A DNA stretch of 64,000 bases from Mobula birostris. Its lineage: Eukaryota. Below the pieces are notes generated by a model. That model was not told where the DNA came from. It was given only the letters and a program-made list of their open reading frames with translations, and ran no database searches. How positions within the stretch are numbered: position 1 is the stretch's first letter; each line of letters begins with the position of its first letter. The translations under genes and the position numbers were made by a program. The stretch is taken from NCBI RefSeq assembly GCF_030028105.1, contig NC_092397.1:42784613-42848612 (forward strand), written 5' to 3'. Below are positions 22,527 through 34,600 of this stretch, in pieces.

Positions 22527-23906
22527 AAGTGCCGATGAAAAGTATTCATGCCCCTTGGAAGTTTTCATGTTTTATTGTTTTACAATATTGAATCACAGCA
22601 GATTAAATTTGACTTTTTTTTTTACTGATCAACAGAAAAAGACTCGTGTCAAAGTGAAAACAGAGTGCTACAAAGTGCTGTAAATTAATTACAGATATAA
22701 AAACAAAATAATTGCCTGTGTAAGTATTCACCCCCTTTTATATGACACACCAAATCATCACTGGTGCAGCCAATTGGTTTTAGGAGTTACATAATCAGTT
22801 AAATGGAAATCACAGTGTGCAGTCAAGGTGTTTCAATTGATTATAGTAAAAATACACTACTGTTGACAGTCAATATCCTGGCAAAAACTACACCATGAAG
22901 ACAAAAGGACACTCCAAGCAGCTCTGCAAAAAGCTTATTGAAAGCACAAGTCAGGAGATGGATAGAAGAAAATTTCCAAGTCACTGAATACCCTTGGAAT
23001 ACAGTTTAGTCAATCACCCAGAAATGGAAAGAATATGACACAGCTGTAAATCTACCTCAAGCAGGCAATCTTCAAAAACTGAGCAGCCGTGCAAGAAGGG
23101 TACCAGAGAGAGCGACTACCAAGACACCCTTGATAACTGTAGAGGAGTTACAAGCTTCAGTGGCTGAGATGGGAGAGATTGTGCATACAACAACTGTCAC
23201 CCAGGTGCTTTACCTGTCACTGCTTTATGGGACAGTGGCAAAGAGAAAGCCACTGTTGAAAAAAGCTCTCATGAAATCTCACCTGGAGTTTGTCAGAAGA
23301 CGAGCAGGACTCTGCAGTCAGCTGGAATTCTATGCAGTTCTGTGGTTTGAAACCAAAATTGCGATCAGACTAAACTCTTAAGGTTGGTGTAAGCCAAACA
23401 CTGCACATCATCAAAAGCACACCATCCCTACGGTGGAGCATGGTGGAGGCTGCATAGTGCCGTGGGGATGCTTCACTGCAGCAGGCCCTGGAAGGCTTGT
23501 GAAGGTAGAGGGTAAAATGAATGCAGCAAAATACAGGGAAATCCTGGAGGAAAACCTAATGCAATCTGCAAGAGAACTGAGACTTCGGAAAAGATTTGTT
23601 TTCCAGCAAGACAATGACTGCGAGCTTAAAACCAAAGCTGCACAGGAATGCCTTAAGACAACAAAGTTAATGTCCTGGTGTGGCCAAGTCAGAGTCCACA
23701 CCTCAGTGTGTGGCTGGACTTGAAAAGGGCGGTTCACTCATAAACTCCATGCATTCTGACAGATCTTGAGCAGTTTTGTAAGGAAGAATGGGAAAAATTG
23801 CAGTGTCCAGATGTGCAAAGCTGATAGTGACCTATCCACACAGACTCATGGTTGTAATTGCTGCCAACGGTCCATCGACTAAATACTGACTTGGAGGAGG
23901 TGAATA
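22527..23906 (+). mobile_element. Tc1 transposon copy, right TIR truncated
   Basis: Same TA site and left flank as 5438; GGGCIVPWGCFTAAGPGRLVKVEGKMNAAKY..FQQDND. Confidence 0.88.
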
Positions 23907-23939
23907 CACCTACCTGCACATGGTCCATTCCCTGTATGT

Positions 23940-25338
23940 TTTAGTACATTACTCCCTTACTCTTATACTCAACACCCTGACCAGTGGAAACCAGCATTCT
24001 GTGCACCTTATCCCGTTGTGTAGCCACATTCAGTGAACTATGTGCCTGGATCCCAAGATCACTCTTTACACCAATGCTGTGAAGGGGTCAGTCATTAACA
24101 TTATACTTTCTTCTTTCATTTGACCTCCCAAAGTGCAACACCACATTCCCTCCCAGATTAAATTCCTTCTGCAACTACTCTGCATCTGTTTGTGATCTAT
24201 ATCCCACTGTGTGCATTGATCAATATTTACACTGTCCACAACTCCACCTATCTTGCTGTCACCTGTAGACTTGTAAACCGCCCATCAACATTTTCATCCA
24301 GACATCGATATATATCAGAAACAACATAATTCCCAGCATCAATCCTTGTGGATCACCACTGCTCACAGACTTCCAGCTCTACTTAGCCTTCTATGAGAAA
24401 GCCATTTCTGAATTGAAATTGCAATTTGTATTGAATCCCAGGGGTCTTTTTCAAATGCCTTACGGAGGTCTGTCCAGGTCATGGCCACAGCCTTGCCCTC
24501 ATCAAGCCCCAAGATGTTGGGTCTCATTCTTTTTATGTTATATGTCAATGATTTGGATGATGGAATTGATGGAGTTATTGCAAAATTTGCAGATGATATG
24601 AAGAGACAGGTGGAGGCGCAGGTATTTTTGAGGAAATAGGGAAGGACAGACAGATGAGGAGAATGGGCAAAGAAGTGGCAGGTGGAATACAGAATTGGGA
24701 AGTGTATGGTTATGCACCTTGGTTGAAGAAATAGTAGGGTTGACTATTTTCTAAATGGAGAGAAGATACAAAAAATTGAGGTGCAAAGGGATTTGGGAAT
24801 CATTGTGCAGGATTCTCTAAAGGCTAATTTGCAGATTGGGTCTGTGCTGAGAAAGGCAAATGTGATGTTAGCATTCATTTCAAGAGGACTAGAATATAAA
24901 AGCAAAAATGTAATGTTGAGACTTTATGAAGTACTGGCAAAGTCTCACTTGGAGTATTGGGAGCAGTTTTGGTCCCTTTATGGAAGGATGAGCTGAAACA
25001 GGATGGGTTTCAAACGAGATTCTCTGAGATGATCCCAGGATTAAACAGCTTGTCATATGAAGAACATTTGATGGCTCTGGGCCGTTAGTCACTGGAATTT
25101 AGAACAATGAGGGATGACTAATTGAAACCTATCGCCGTGATAAAGTCGATGTGGAGAGGAAGGGAGTGTCCAAGACCAGAGGACACAGCCTCAGAATAGA
25201 GGCGCATCCATTTAGAATGGAGATGAGAAGGAATTTCTTTAGAGAGAGTGGTGAATCTGTGGAATTCATTGCCACAGGCGGCAGCTGTGGAAACCAAGGC
25301 TTCAGGTATATTTAAGGTGGAGGTTGATAGATACTTGA
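23940..25338. mobile_element. Old CR1 RT fragments
   Basis: AKFADD, QRDLGIIV..KANVMLAFISRGLEYKSK..HLEY. Confidence 0.7.
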
Positions 25339-25893
25339 TGGCAGGTGCGACACAGATATCAAATACAGAATAGAAATGGCGAAAGAAACTTTCCAAAAAT
25401 ATGAAGACCATATTAACAGACAGAAAGATGAGCACGTACACTAAAAACAGAACACTGCAGTGCTACATTTATTCTATCCTGACTTATGGAAGTGAATGCT
25501 GGACCATTTCTCCAGCAATGGAAAAGAGACAAGAAGCAGCTGAATTATGGTTCTGCAGGAGAATGTTAAAAATATCATGGACCACACACACATCAAATGA
25601 AGAAGTTCTCAGAAGAGCCCAAACCAAGCAGTTTGATCACTCATACTAACAATAAGAGAAAGACAACTCAGATTCATGCTACACATCACGTGGAAAGATG
25701 AACTAGAAAAACTCGTACTCTCTGGAAAGACTGAGGGGAGCAAACCTAGAGGAAGACCTCGGCTTATGTACATCAAAAGCATAGCCAGGTGGCTACACAT
25801 CGAGGAAATGGAAGTCATCCAAAAAACGAAGGATAGATCTGTATGGAAAACCATGGTCACCAAAGTCCGCATCGGATACGGTACCGGGACAGA
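25339..25893 (+). mobile_element. RTE-clade LINE 3' fragment
   Basis: YSILTYGSECWT..AAELWFCRRMLKISW..SNEEVLRRA; GKTEGSKPRGRPR. Confidence 0.8.
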
Positions 25894-26828
25894 CGGATAT
25901 ATCTTATAGTCGATGTCACCACCTCACAAACCTGAAGCAACTTTGTCAAGCGCGATCTACCCACACAAAACCATGCTGATTGTCCCTAAGCCAGCCATGC
26001 CTTTCCAAATGTGCATAAATCCTGTACCTCAACATGTAACTTGGATCTGGTCTTTAAACAAATGCCACATGTCAGATGTGGACTTGTCTGACAGTGGCTG
26101 CTCCCAATCAATGCCCCTTGGCTTCTGTCTTGCAACATCCTAACTTGCCCTCCTGCAATTTAGTACCTGCTTACAAGATCTAATTTTATTCTCACTCATA
26201 ACTAGGAAAAATATAAGATCCCAAAATATTCACTGACTCTTAGCTGTCGCCTGGCCTGGTTCATTTCCCAAAACAAATTCCCACATGTTCTCAACTCTGG
26301 TTGGGCTCTGCATAATGTTTCAAACATTCCTCAGATTCACTGAACAAATCTTGCACATCTTAGTATTAAGCAAGTTCCAGTCAATTCTAGGGAAGATAAT
26401 GTCCCCCCCACTGGTTATTGCGGGGCTAGTGCAAACATCCCAACAGTGTAACAGTAGATTGCCTCTGTAAATGAACCCTCCAGTTTGCTGTGACATTCCC
26501 AGTGGGGTAACCTCTGCATTTTTATCCCCCCCCCCACTCACATGTAAAACAATCAAACCCAGGAATGTTGAGCTGCCAGACCTGTCCCTCCAACAACATA
26601 AAACTAATGTTGAAATAAACTCATTTCAGCCCATCAGTCCACCATGTTTATTAGCCTGACATTGGCTCTTGTTCTCTTCAGACTGTCTTGTCATACGTAC
26701 ATTCTCCAATTTGCTACTCTACTTCAAATTCTGCCAAGTGACACCATCAAACCTCCTGGTGCAGATGTTGGTTCCCGTCCGGTTCAGAGGCAAATAGTCT
26801 TGTTTGTCCCGGTCTCCCACCTGCCTGG

Positions 26829-27186
26829 ATCACCCATTGAGGCTAAGGTCGAAGCGTTCGGATATAGATGGTGCTTGGTACTTGGTGTCGGAGGGCTGAA
26901 GGCAGAGAGAGATTCCTTCCTTCTCTCGTCTGCGTGAGATGTGGGACTTTCAAGAGACTTGAATTTTTTTTACTGTGCCATGGCCTGTTCTCCATCAAGT
27001 TATGGTATTGTTGCACTGTTGTAACTATATGTTATAATTATGTGGTTTTTGTTAGTTTTTCAGTCTTGGTCTGTCCTGTGTTTCTGTAATATCACACCGG
27101 AGGAATATTGCATCATTTCTTAATGCATGCATTACTAAATGACAATAAAAGAGGACTGCGTGTCCTCATAATCTAATCTAATCTAA
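26829..27186 (+). mobile_element. Unclassified non-LTR retroelement 3' tail
   Basis: Absent from the paralogous sites (about 9510 and 56415); AATAAA followed by a (TAATC)n tail. Confidence 0.55.
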
Positions 27187-27789
27187 TAAATCTGAAGACT
27201 TCCTCCTGCATCAGTTCCTCACCAACACATTAAACCTCACGAAATATCGATTTGTCACCATACTAGCACCGCGGTTTTGGTTGCAATTCCGAGATTACAA
27301 TCCTGGAAGTCCTGCTTTTTTTTAACCTAGTTCCCCAAAATCACTGTGCAGGACCTCATCACTGCTCGTTTAAACCCTTCCGTGTAGCACGAAGAAGACT
27401 CCCCTCCTACTTGGACCCGTCTCTCGTTTCCCTTGAGACCCAATGATCCTTGTACCTGAAGACCCACCCACCAGCCCCTCAGCCACCCCTTTACCAGGGC
27501 TTTAGAAGGCGCCAGAAGCGCGGTCTATATATCTGGTCATGTATCCTGTTCCTGTGTGTGACCGGTCTTTCATTTCCCTGGCGACCCAGAGGAACAATTG
27601 TTCTACTGAATCATCACTGGAAGTGACTGCACCCTCGCCCACCAACTGCTGTGTGTGAGGGCGCTGGCACTGGTCATGGGGCCGGGGAGGGAGAGACCGA
27701 GATCCTCGGGGTTTTGGAGAATGGAAAAGCACTTCCTATAATTTAAAGCAGGAGAATCGGCAAACTCGCAGAAATCCTCCAGTATGTAC

Positions 27790-27994
27790 GTGGTGTGTGA
27801 AGGAGTTTTGTTTTCGCTGGAGCGCTTTGTGTCGGATGAATCGTTGGAAATTGGCGGTTGTTGTAAAGTGAAGGCGGAGCTGGACGATGAGAGGCCGCTG
27901 TCGGCTCTGTCCGTCACTCTGACTCTGTCTCCTCCCCTCCCCGCCTCTGTCTCTCTGCGCGTTTCTCGGGCAGGTCGGGGCGCTGTGTATAAAA
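27790..27994 (+). promoter_or_regulatory. H4 promoter: GC box, CAGGTC motif, TATA
   Basis: CCCCGCC; caggtc at 27971; TATAAAA at 27988-27994. Confidence 0.7.
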
Positions 27995-28039
27995 GGAGAC
28001 AGCAGCAGGCAGTTTGTCAGTGAGCAGCGACCTGAGTGA

Positions 28040-28360
<321 letters not shown>

Positions 28361-28393
28361 AAATCTCTCACTTCCTCCCGACCACAAAACAAA

Positions 28394-28409
28394 GGCTCTT
28401 CTAAGAGCC
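28394..28409 (+). terminator. Histone 3' stem-loop (H4)
   Basis: GGCTCT-TCTA-AGAGCC-ACCCA. Confidence 0.95.
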
Positions 28410-28789
28410 ACCCACCGTCTCACAGACGGAGCCGTATCCACAAACTTTTAGATACTTTTTAAAATTTTATACTCAGCTGAGTTGCATTTGAAACAGGTGA
28501 TTGGTTCTGCTTGAAACATACTTCAATTCTGCCTTTCCAGTCGGTGATTACCGCAAAACCTGCATTAGGATTGATCTTAATCCTCTTATCAGTTTCGAAC
28601 AAACATCAGTTCACTCGTTCAGAGAACGATTCCGTGGCTGTGCATTTAAATCATAACTGAGGAAATTAGATATTAAATTTATTAAATTAAACTGAAATTG
28701 TATAATCCGTCATACAATTAATTGTAAATAAAATGTAATCAAGCACCGCTGCTGGGTGCTCTGAAATTGGCGGGCGATTTTAAATTAAT

Positions 28790-28969
28790 CCGGCGCCAAT
28801 CACACTGCATGAATGAAATCCGACCGCCCGGCAAATTTTTATTTGTCGTAAATTTTCATTCGCCGCCAGCCTACAGGAAATGTATCAACCAATCGCAGTA
28901 AGGAACCTTAATAGACACCTGGTTCAGCTAATCATACTGAATGGGAAGACCCTTTTCAACAGTATAAAA
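28790..28969 (+). promoter_or_regulatory. H3 promoter (CCAAT boxes, TATA)
   Basis: CCAAT at 28796 and 28889; TATAAAA at 28963. Confidence 0.7.
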
Positions 28970-29033
28970 TCCTGTCCCGGAGCACGTTTCGTTTATCTTG
29001 TTCCTGTATTTCAGCCTGTGTTCTCGGTTCTGA

Positions 29034-29450
<417 letters not shown>

Positions 29451-29479
29451 ACCCGGCCTCCATAACAAACCCAAGAAAA

Positions 29480-29495
29480 GGCTCTTTAAAGAGCC
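29480..29495 (+). terminator. Histone 3' stem-loop (H3), non-consensus loop UUAA
   Basis: GGCTCT-TTAA-AGAGCC followed by purine-rich aaaggaaaggg. Confidence 0.85.
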
Positions 29496-29599
29496 ACTAC
29501 CACAGCAAAGGAAAGGGTTGTCGCTTGCTGATCATAGTATTATTGTAGTGGCGATCTGCCCTCCTGATGGGGTTGTTCGGTTTTACACTGACTGACCGC

Positions 29600-29880
29600 G
29601 ATTATCAGCTGTTCTGTGCCGACAGGTTAATTCAGCGAGGGACAGGAGATGAACGCGCTTCATCCCCGTCAGGGTCTCACTTGGCCCTTCACTTCTCCCA
29701 CAAACCTGCCATGTACAGCTGCTGCGGCTGTTCCGTTTTGTTTACTTCGGACATGTCCGGCTGTCCTTGAAGTGGGAGCATGCGGTCGCGATGGGTACAG
29801 TGGGGGATTTCCGAGAGCGGTAATTATATATTTTTGATTTTACTCTTGTAAATGTTGTGTAAATAAACTTTTGTAGCTGG
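29600..29880 (+). mobile_element. Tx1/L1-clade LINE 3' remnant with AATAAA
   Basis: RLSLKWEHAVAMGTVGDFRER resembles the Tx1 ORF2 C-terminus; AATAAA at 29862-29867. Confidence 0.55.
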
Positions 29881-30314
29881 TAACTGATTGAAGGTCAACC
29901 TGCAACGTCACCGGGTAGTTTATCATTTATCTTCCCCCTGCAGTCCAACCCCAGAGACAGATCCCTCTCTCAAGACGCCCCCTCCCCTCTCACATAGGTT
30001 TCAGCAGTTCTCAATCAACTCACCTGAATCGGACTTTGGGATGCGAGGCACGGAATCTCCGTTGAAACCCAGTCACACTCTCCTGGAGCGGGAGAAGGAA
30101 CTGGGCCTGCAGACCACCCCACCGGTCTCACTCTCTCACACAGCCCGAGTGAAACGCTGTTTTCCACTTCAAATCTGGGACGCCACGGCCGCACTGAATG
30201 TCAGAGAGGTACCGGGAATATCGGATTTTATGCGAGAAGTTCCCCCGGAAAACTCAGTCGGACCCGGCGCGGGAATCACAATATTTCTGATCAGCTCTTT
30301 TCTGAGATGTGGGT

Positions 30315-30330
30315 GGCTCTGAGAAGAGCC
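30315..30330 (-). terminator. Histone 3' stem-loop (H1)
   Basis: Minus strand GGCTCT-TCTC-AGAGCC-ACCCA, then HDE gaaaagagctg. Confidence 0.95.
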
Positions 30331-30366
30331 GGTGGGTTCAAACACTTACAAACGGTACATCTCAAT

Positions 30367-30987
30367 TCACTTTTTGACCGCTGTCTTCTTGGCCGCTTTC
30401 TTCTTCGGGGCTGCGAGTTTCTTGGGGCTCTTTGGTTTCGGCGCCGCTGGTTTCTTAGCTGCCGCTTTTTTAGCAGCTGGTTTCTTGGCGCCAGACTTGT
30501 TGCTGGGAGATTTCTTGATGGCAGATTTCTTCGCTGCCGCTTTTTTAACCGCTGGTTTCTTCGCTGCCGCTTTTTTAGCCGCTGGTTTCTTGGCGCCAGA
30601 CTTCTTGCTGGGAGATTTCTTTGCCGATGGCTTGTTCGCTTTCTTCACCACTTTCACGGCACTTTTTCCTTGACCGGATTTAAAGGATCCCGAAAGACCC
30701 GCGCCCTTGGTCTGAACCAAGGAGCCGCTTTCCACTCTCTTCTTGATGCACATCCTGATCTGGGCGCGACGTTTCCCCACATCGACACCGCTGCTCGTCA
30801 GAGCCTTCATGATGGCCACAGCGGACATACCTTTCCTATCGCGACAACCCGCCACAATCTTATCGATTTGTTCGCCCAGCTTGGGACCGGCTGGTTTGCT
30901 CCGGCCGGCCGCCTTCTTCTTGGGAGTCTTCTTTGCGGCGGTGGGTGCGGCTGCAGCAGCCGTGTCGACGGGTGCTGTCTCGGTCAT
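30367..30987 (-). CDS. H1: Histone H1 (divergent globular domain)
   Basis: MTETAP N-terminus, LVQTKGAGLSGSFK wing, K/A/P-rich tail with S/TPxK motifs, stem-loop, H1 box. Confidence 0.97.
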   Translation of the reverse strand: MTETAPVDTAAAAAPTAAKKTPKKKAAGRSKPAGPKLGEQIDKIVAGCRDRKGMSAVAIMKALTSSGVDVGKRRAQIRMCIKKRVESGSLVQTKGAGLSGSFKSGQGKSAVKVVKKANKPSAKKSPSKKSGAKKPAAKKAAAKKPAVKKAAAKKSAIKKSPSNKSGAKKPAAKKAAAKKPAAPKPKSPKKLAAPKKKAAKKTAVKK

Positions 30988-31059
30988 GTCGGCGACGCTG
31001 GAAAATCCTTCTCACAATCAGACTGAATGAGAAATGAAGCGAAAGGCGGCGGCACAGAG

Positions 31060-31135
31060 CAATTTAAAGGCAGCTAGCGGACGGGGCGGAGACATCCCGC
31101 TGTCAGCTCCCGTAGGACTTCATTTTTCTGTGTTT
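31060..31135 (-). promoter_or_regulatory. H1 promoter: H1 box AAACACA, GC box, TATA-like
   Basis: tgtgttt at 31129-31135; ggggcgg at 31083; tttaaa at about 31063. Confidence 0.7.
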
Positions 31136-31537
31136 CTCTGTCCTCAAAAACTCTCCGATTCCAATTAAAATCGGACACTCCGGGGACTCGGACTGGTCCC
31201 TGTCCGTCACTGAGGCCGGAAAGTTCGCTGGAAAGAGAGTTCAATCGGGATTAAAGGCAGCACTTTCTATTTTAACCCGTTTCATTACTGCACTGCCCGC
31301 GATCTCTCTCCATATTGTTGATCTGTTCTCTGCTTTTCGGCTGAAATGTTGAAACTAACTAAAACTTTGCGGTTAATTCCCGCTTCGGGACTGAGCTGGG
31401 GAGTGGGGCCATCCCGTAACAGAGAAATCTTTTCTTTTTGTACAGGAGGCGCTGGGAAATCCGGCGATGTGTTCGGACCCACAAACACAGTGATACTTGT
31501 CTGAGCCGCCCGCCGCTTTAAAACACTCTCTCTGAAT

Positions 31538-31680
31538 CAGCAAGTCAGGCAGCATCAATGGTGGAAATGAACAGTCGACATTTCTGGCCGAGACCCTTCA
31601 TCAGGACTCTGGTGGGAGATGCTGCCTGACTTGCTGGGTTCCTCCAGCATCTTGTCCGCGTTGTTCGCGATTCCCAGAAT
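31538..31680. mobile_element. Penelope-derived palindromic short element containing a hammerhead motif (31573-31608, minus)
   Basis: 19-bp perfect inverted repeat 31538-31556/31618-31636 flanking revcomp agtc-ctgatga-agggtctcggcca-gaaat-gtc-gact. Confidence 0.65.
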
Positions 31681-31699
31681 TTCTTGGCGTTATGCTGAC

Positions 31700-34600
31700 A
31701 CAATGTTCACATCTGCACCTTCAGAGGCCTGTACTGCTGTCAGAATAAAACGACAGGTTCCTCGTCATATAACACAGTGATAAATCTGATTCTGATTCCA
31801 AGGAACAGAGGACAATAGACATTGTCTGGCCAAACTCTCTGTGTAACTGAGAACCTCGGGTCCGGGAAACATCCTTGGAAATCCTTTCTACACTCTCCCC
31901 AGTTTAACACGTTTCCTATAACGGTGACAAGAGCTGTACACAAATCGGCAAGTGAGGCCTCCAGTCACTTACACAACTGTATCATAATGTCACAACTGAT
32001 ATACTCTATCCCCTGACTAATGAAGACCAGCATGTTAAACCCCGTTCTTCACTACCCTGTCTACAAGTGACACAACTTTCAAATGAACTGTGTGTGCACT
32101 TTACCCCTAAATCTCTCCGGCCCATTACACTCCCCAAGGACCAATCATTCATAGTGTAACTTCTACACTGGTTTGACTTTCCAATGTGCACCGCCTCACA
32201 CTATATTGAAATTCATTTGCCACACTTGACCCTCTTCCCTAAATGATCACGATGCCCCTGTAATCTGCGACAACCATCCAAGTAAAGTTGAGGGAAGTTA
32301 TTCCAACTAATTAATAAACCTTTTGTGCACTGGCATTGATCAGTGAAGGTGATTAGTATCAAAATCAAAATCATGTTCATTATCACGGACATATGTCATT
32401 AACTTCGTTGTTTTGCTACAGCTGTACAGAGCAATTTCTAAAAAAAAATAGTTAAAATAAGAAATACAGTATAAACTAAATAGTGTAAAAAGGGAATCAG
32501 GGAGGGGTGTGAGTCCGAACATGAGAATAGGAAACTGAAAACCTTGTCCATTCTTGCCTCTTTTACTCTTCATATATCTGAAAATAAATCTTTTTGTATC
32601 TTGTTTCTATTATGGGCCAGTTACTTTCATAATTCATCTGACTTCTGCATATTGTTATTATAGTTGCACTCTATTTTTAAAGTTTCATAATCCTTTAGCT
32701 TCCCAATAATTTTGGTGATATTCTTTGCCCTCTCATGTTCTTTTATGCTGCCTTGTCTTCTGTTGTTAGCAATGGTTGCCTCATCCTCCCTTTTAAATAC
32801 TGTTTCTGCTGAGGGATGAACCGATCCTGTGTCTGCCAAATTTCTCCTGGAGACTGAAACTTTTCATACAAAGGTAATCTGAGGAAGTTGAAATGCCCAA
32901 CTGCTGTAAACTTGTTCCCATTACCCCTCTGTGTGATTTACCAATACGTCTGCTGCACAATATCTGAGCCTATTGGGAGGCCGGCAGTATAATCCCATCA
33001 AAATCATCATTCATCATTTCATTTAAAACCTCTACTTACAAGACCTCATCAAAACCCCTCTTATTACTGAAGTGTTGGTCTCCTTTATCAAAGATGCAAC
33101 ATCCCCCACCCATAAGGTAGCTTTTAAATGTTTTCCCTTCACCTTAAACAATTACCCTGTAAATTTAGGCTTCCCTACCCTACAAAAAGAGTGCTCACCT
33201 ACTGATTTTGTAAACCTCTGGACGGTCACCAGACAGCTTCTTACTCTCTCAGTAGAGAGAGAGAGTCCCAGTCTGTCCAAGCTTCTGCTGATAATTAAAG
33301 TCCTCCAATGTCAGTAACATCCTCATCAAACTTCCCTCCACACTTTCCAGCTTCATGACATCCTTCCTGCAACTGGATGACCAGAACTGTGCAAAATACA
33401 GTCTGGTCTCACTTTGACTTTTACAGTTGTCATATGGCACCCCAAATCCTCTACTCAGTTCCCTGATCAATGAAGACAAATAGGCCAAACACCACCTTCA
33501 CCATCCTGACTACCTGTGTTGTCACATTCAGTGAATGATGTTTCTGTATTCCATGGTCTCTCTGTTCTGTAATACTCTCCAAGGGACAAGAATTTACTGT
33601 GCAGATCCTGAATTCCCCAGTTACTCTTGATCCCAATCTTCACAGTCCACATGACCACCAACATCGCTGTCATCTGCAAACTCACTGTCACTACATTGTC
33701 AGGAAACCTGTTAATGTAGATAACAAATGACAGTATCAGCACCGATCCCTGTGGATGTCACTGGTCAGAGGCCTCCAACCTGAATAACAAGCTGCCATGA
33801 CCACCCTCTGTCTCCTTCCACCAAGACAAGTATCTTGTCTGGCATCCCCTCTGCTCTAAATGTGTAATACAAAAGAAATAAAGATTAAATCAAAATATAT
33901 CTACCTATGGCCTGCATCGCTCAGAAGAGACAAAACCTCAACTCCCCACTCCAATTCTGGCCCACTCATACAATGACCGCTCTGGTTAAGTCTAACTTCT
34001 TTTTATTGGATCTTGCCACGTTCCGAATTACGGCCAATCAAACGTTTCCTTGGGAACTGTGACATGCAAAATGTGCCAACTGCTCATGTTCACTTCATTC
34101 AAACTCCCTCTCCCTTTACATAATCTGATGACTGTGTGGGACTGTGGCACTCAAAACTGTGGACTGCAGGAAACCAAAGTACATGCCTGCACTGTTCTAC
34201 AAGGCCACAAATGATTAAAAAAACACTGTATAACAAACACTGGAATTCCCTAACTGAGATGAATGGGGAAGCTGGATAACTGAAAAGATTCAAAGAGAAG
34301 GAAGATAAATGTTTGTAAAATCAGGGAAGTGGGATTGACATACAAGGAAGGCTGATGGCAGATCAGCCTTTATATGGAATTGTGGGTGAGGGACTAAGAG
34401 AGGACACACTGGAGGTTTCATCCAGTGAGACAATGTGGATAGAGCTCAGGATAAGAGAGGAGCATTCACCGATGGGGTTATATCACAGGCCTCCCAAATG
34501 CCAGCAGGAGATAAAGGAACAGAAATGCAGCTGGTAATGAAAGATGTAAAAGCAACAGGGTAGTTGTAGTGGGTGACAAATTTCCCCAATGTTGACTGGG

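Larger units (their letters stand above)
15868..27974. repeat. Older direct paralog of about 4745-10334 (CR1-Tc1-CR1-H4 promoter unit) with extra insertions
   Basis: 15868-16349 resembles 4745-5206; 22451-23905 resembles 5361-6850; 26050-26830 resembles 8670-9510; 27190-27974 resembles 9530-10334. Confidence 0.85.
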
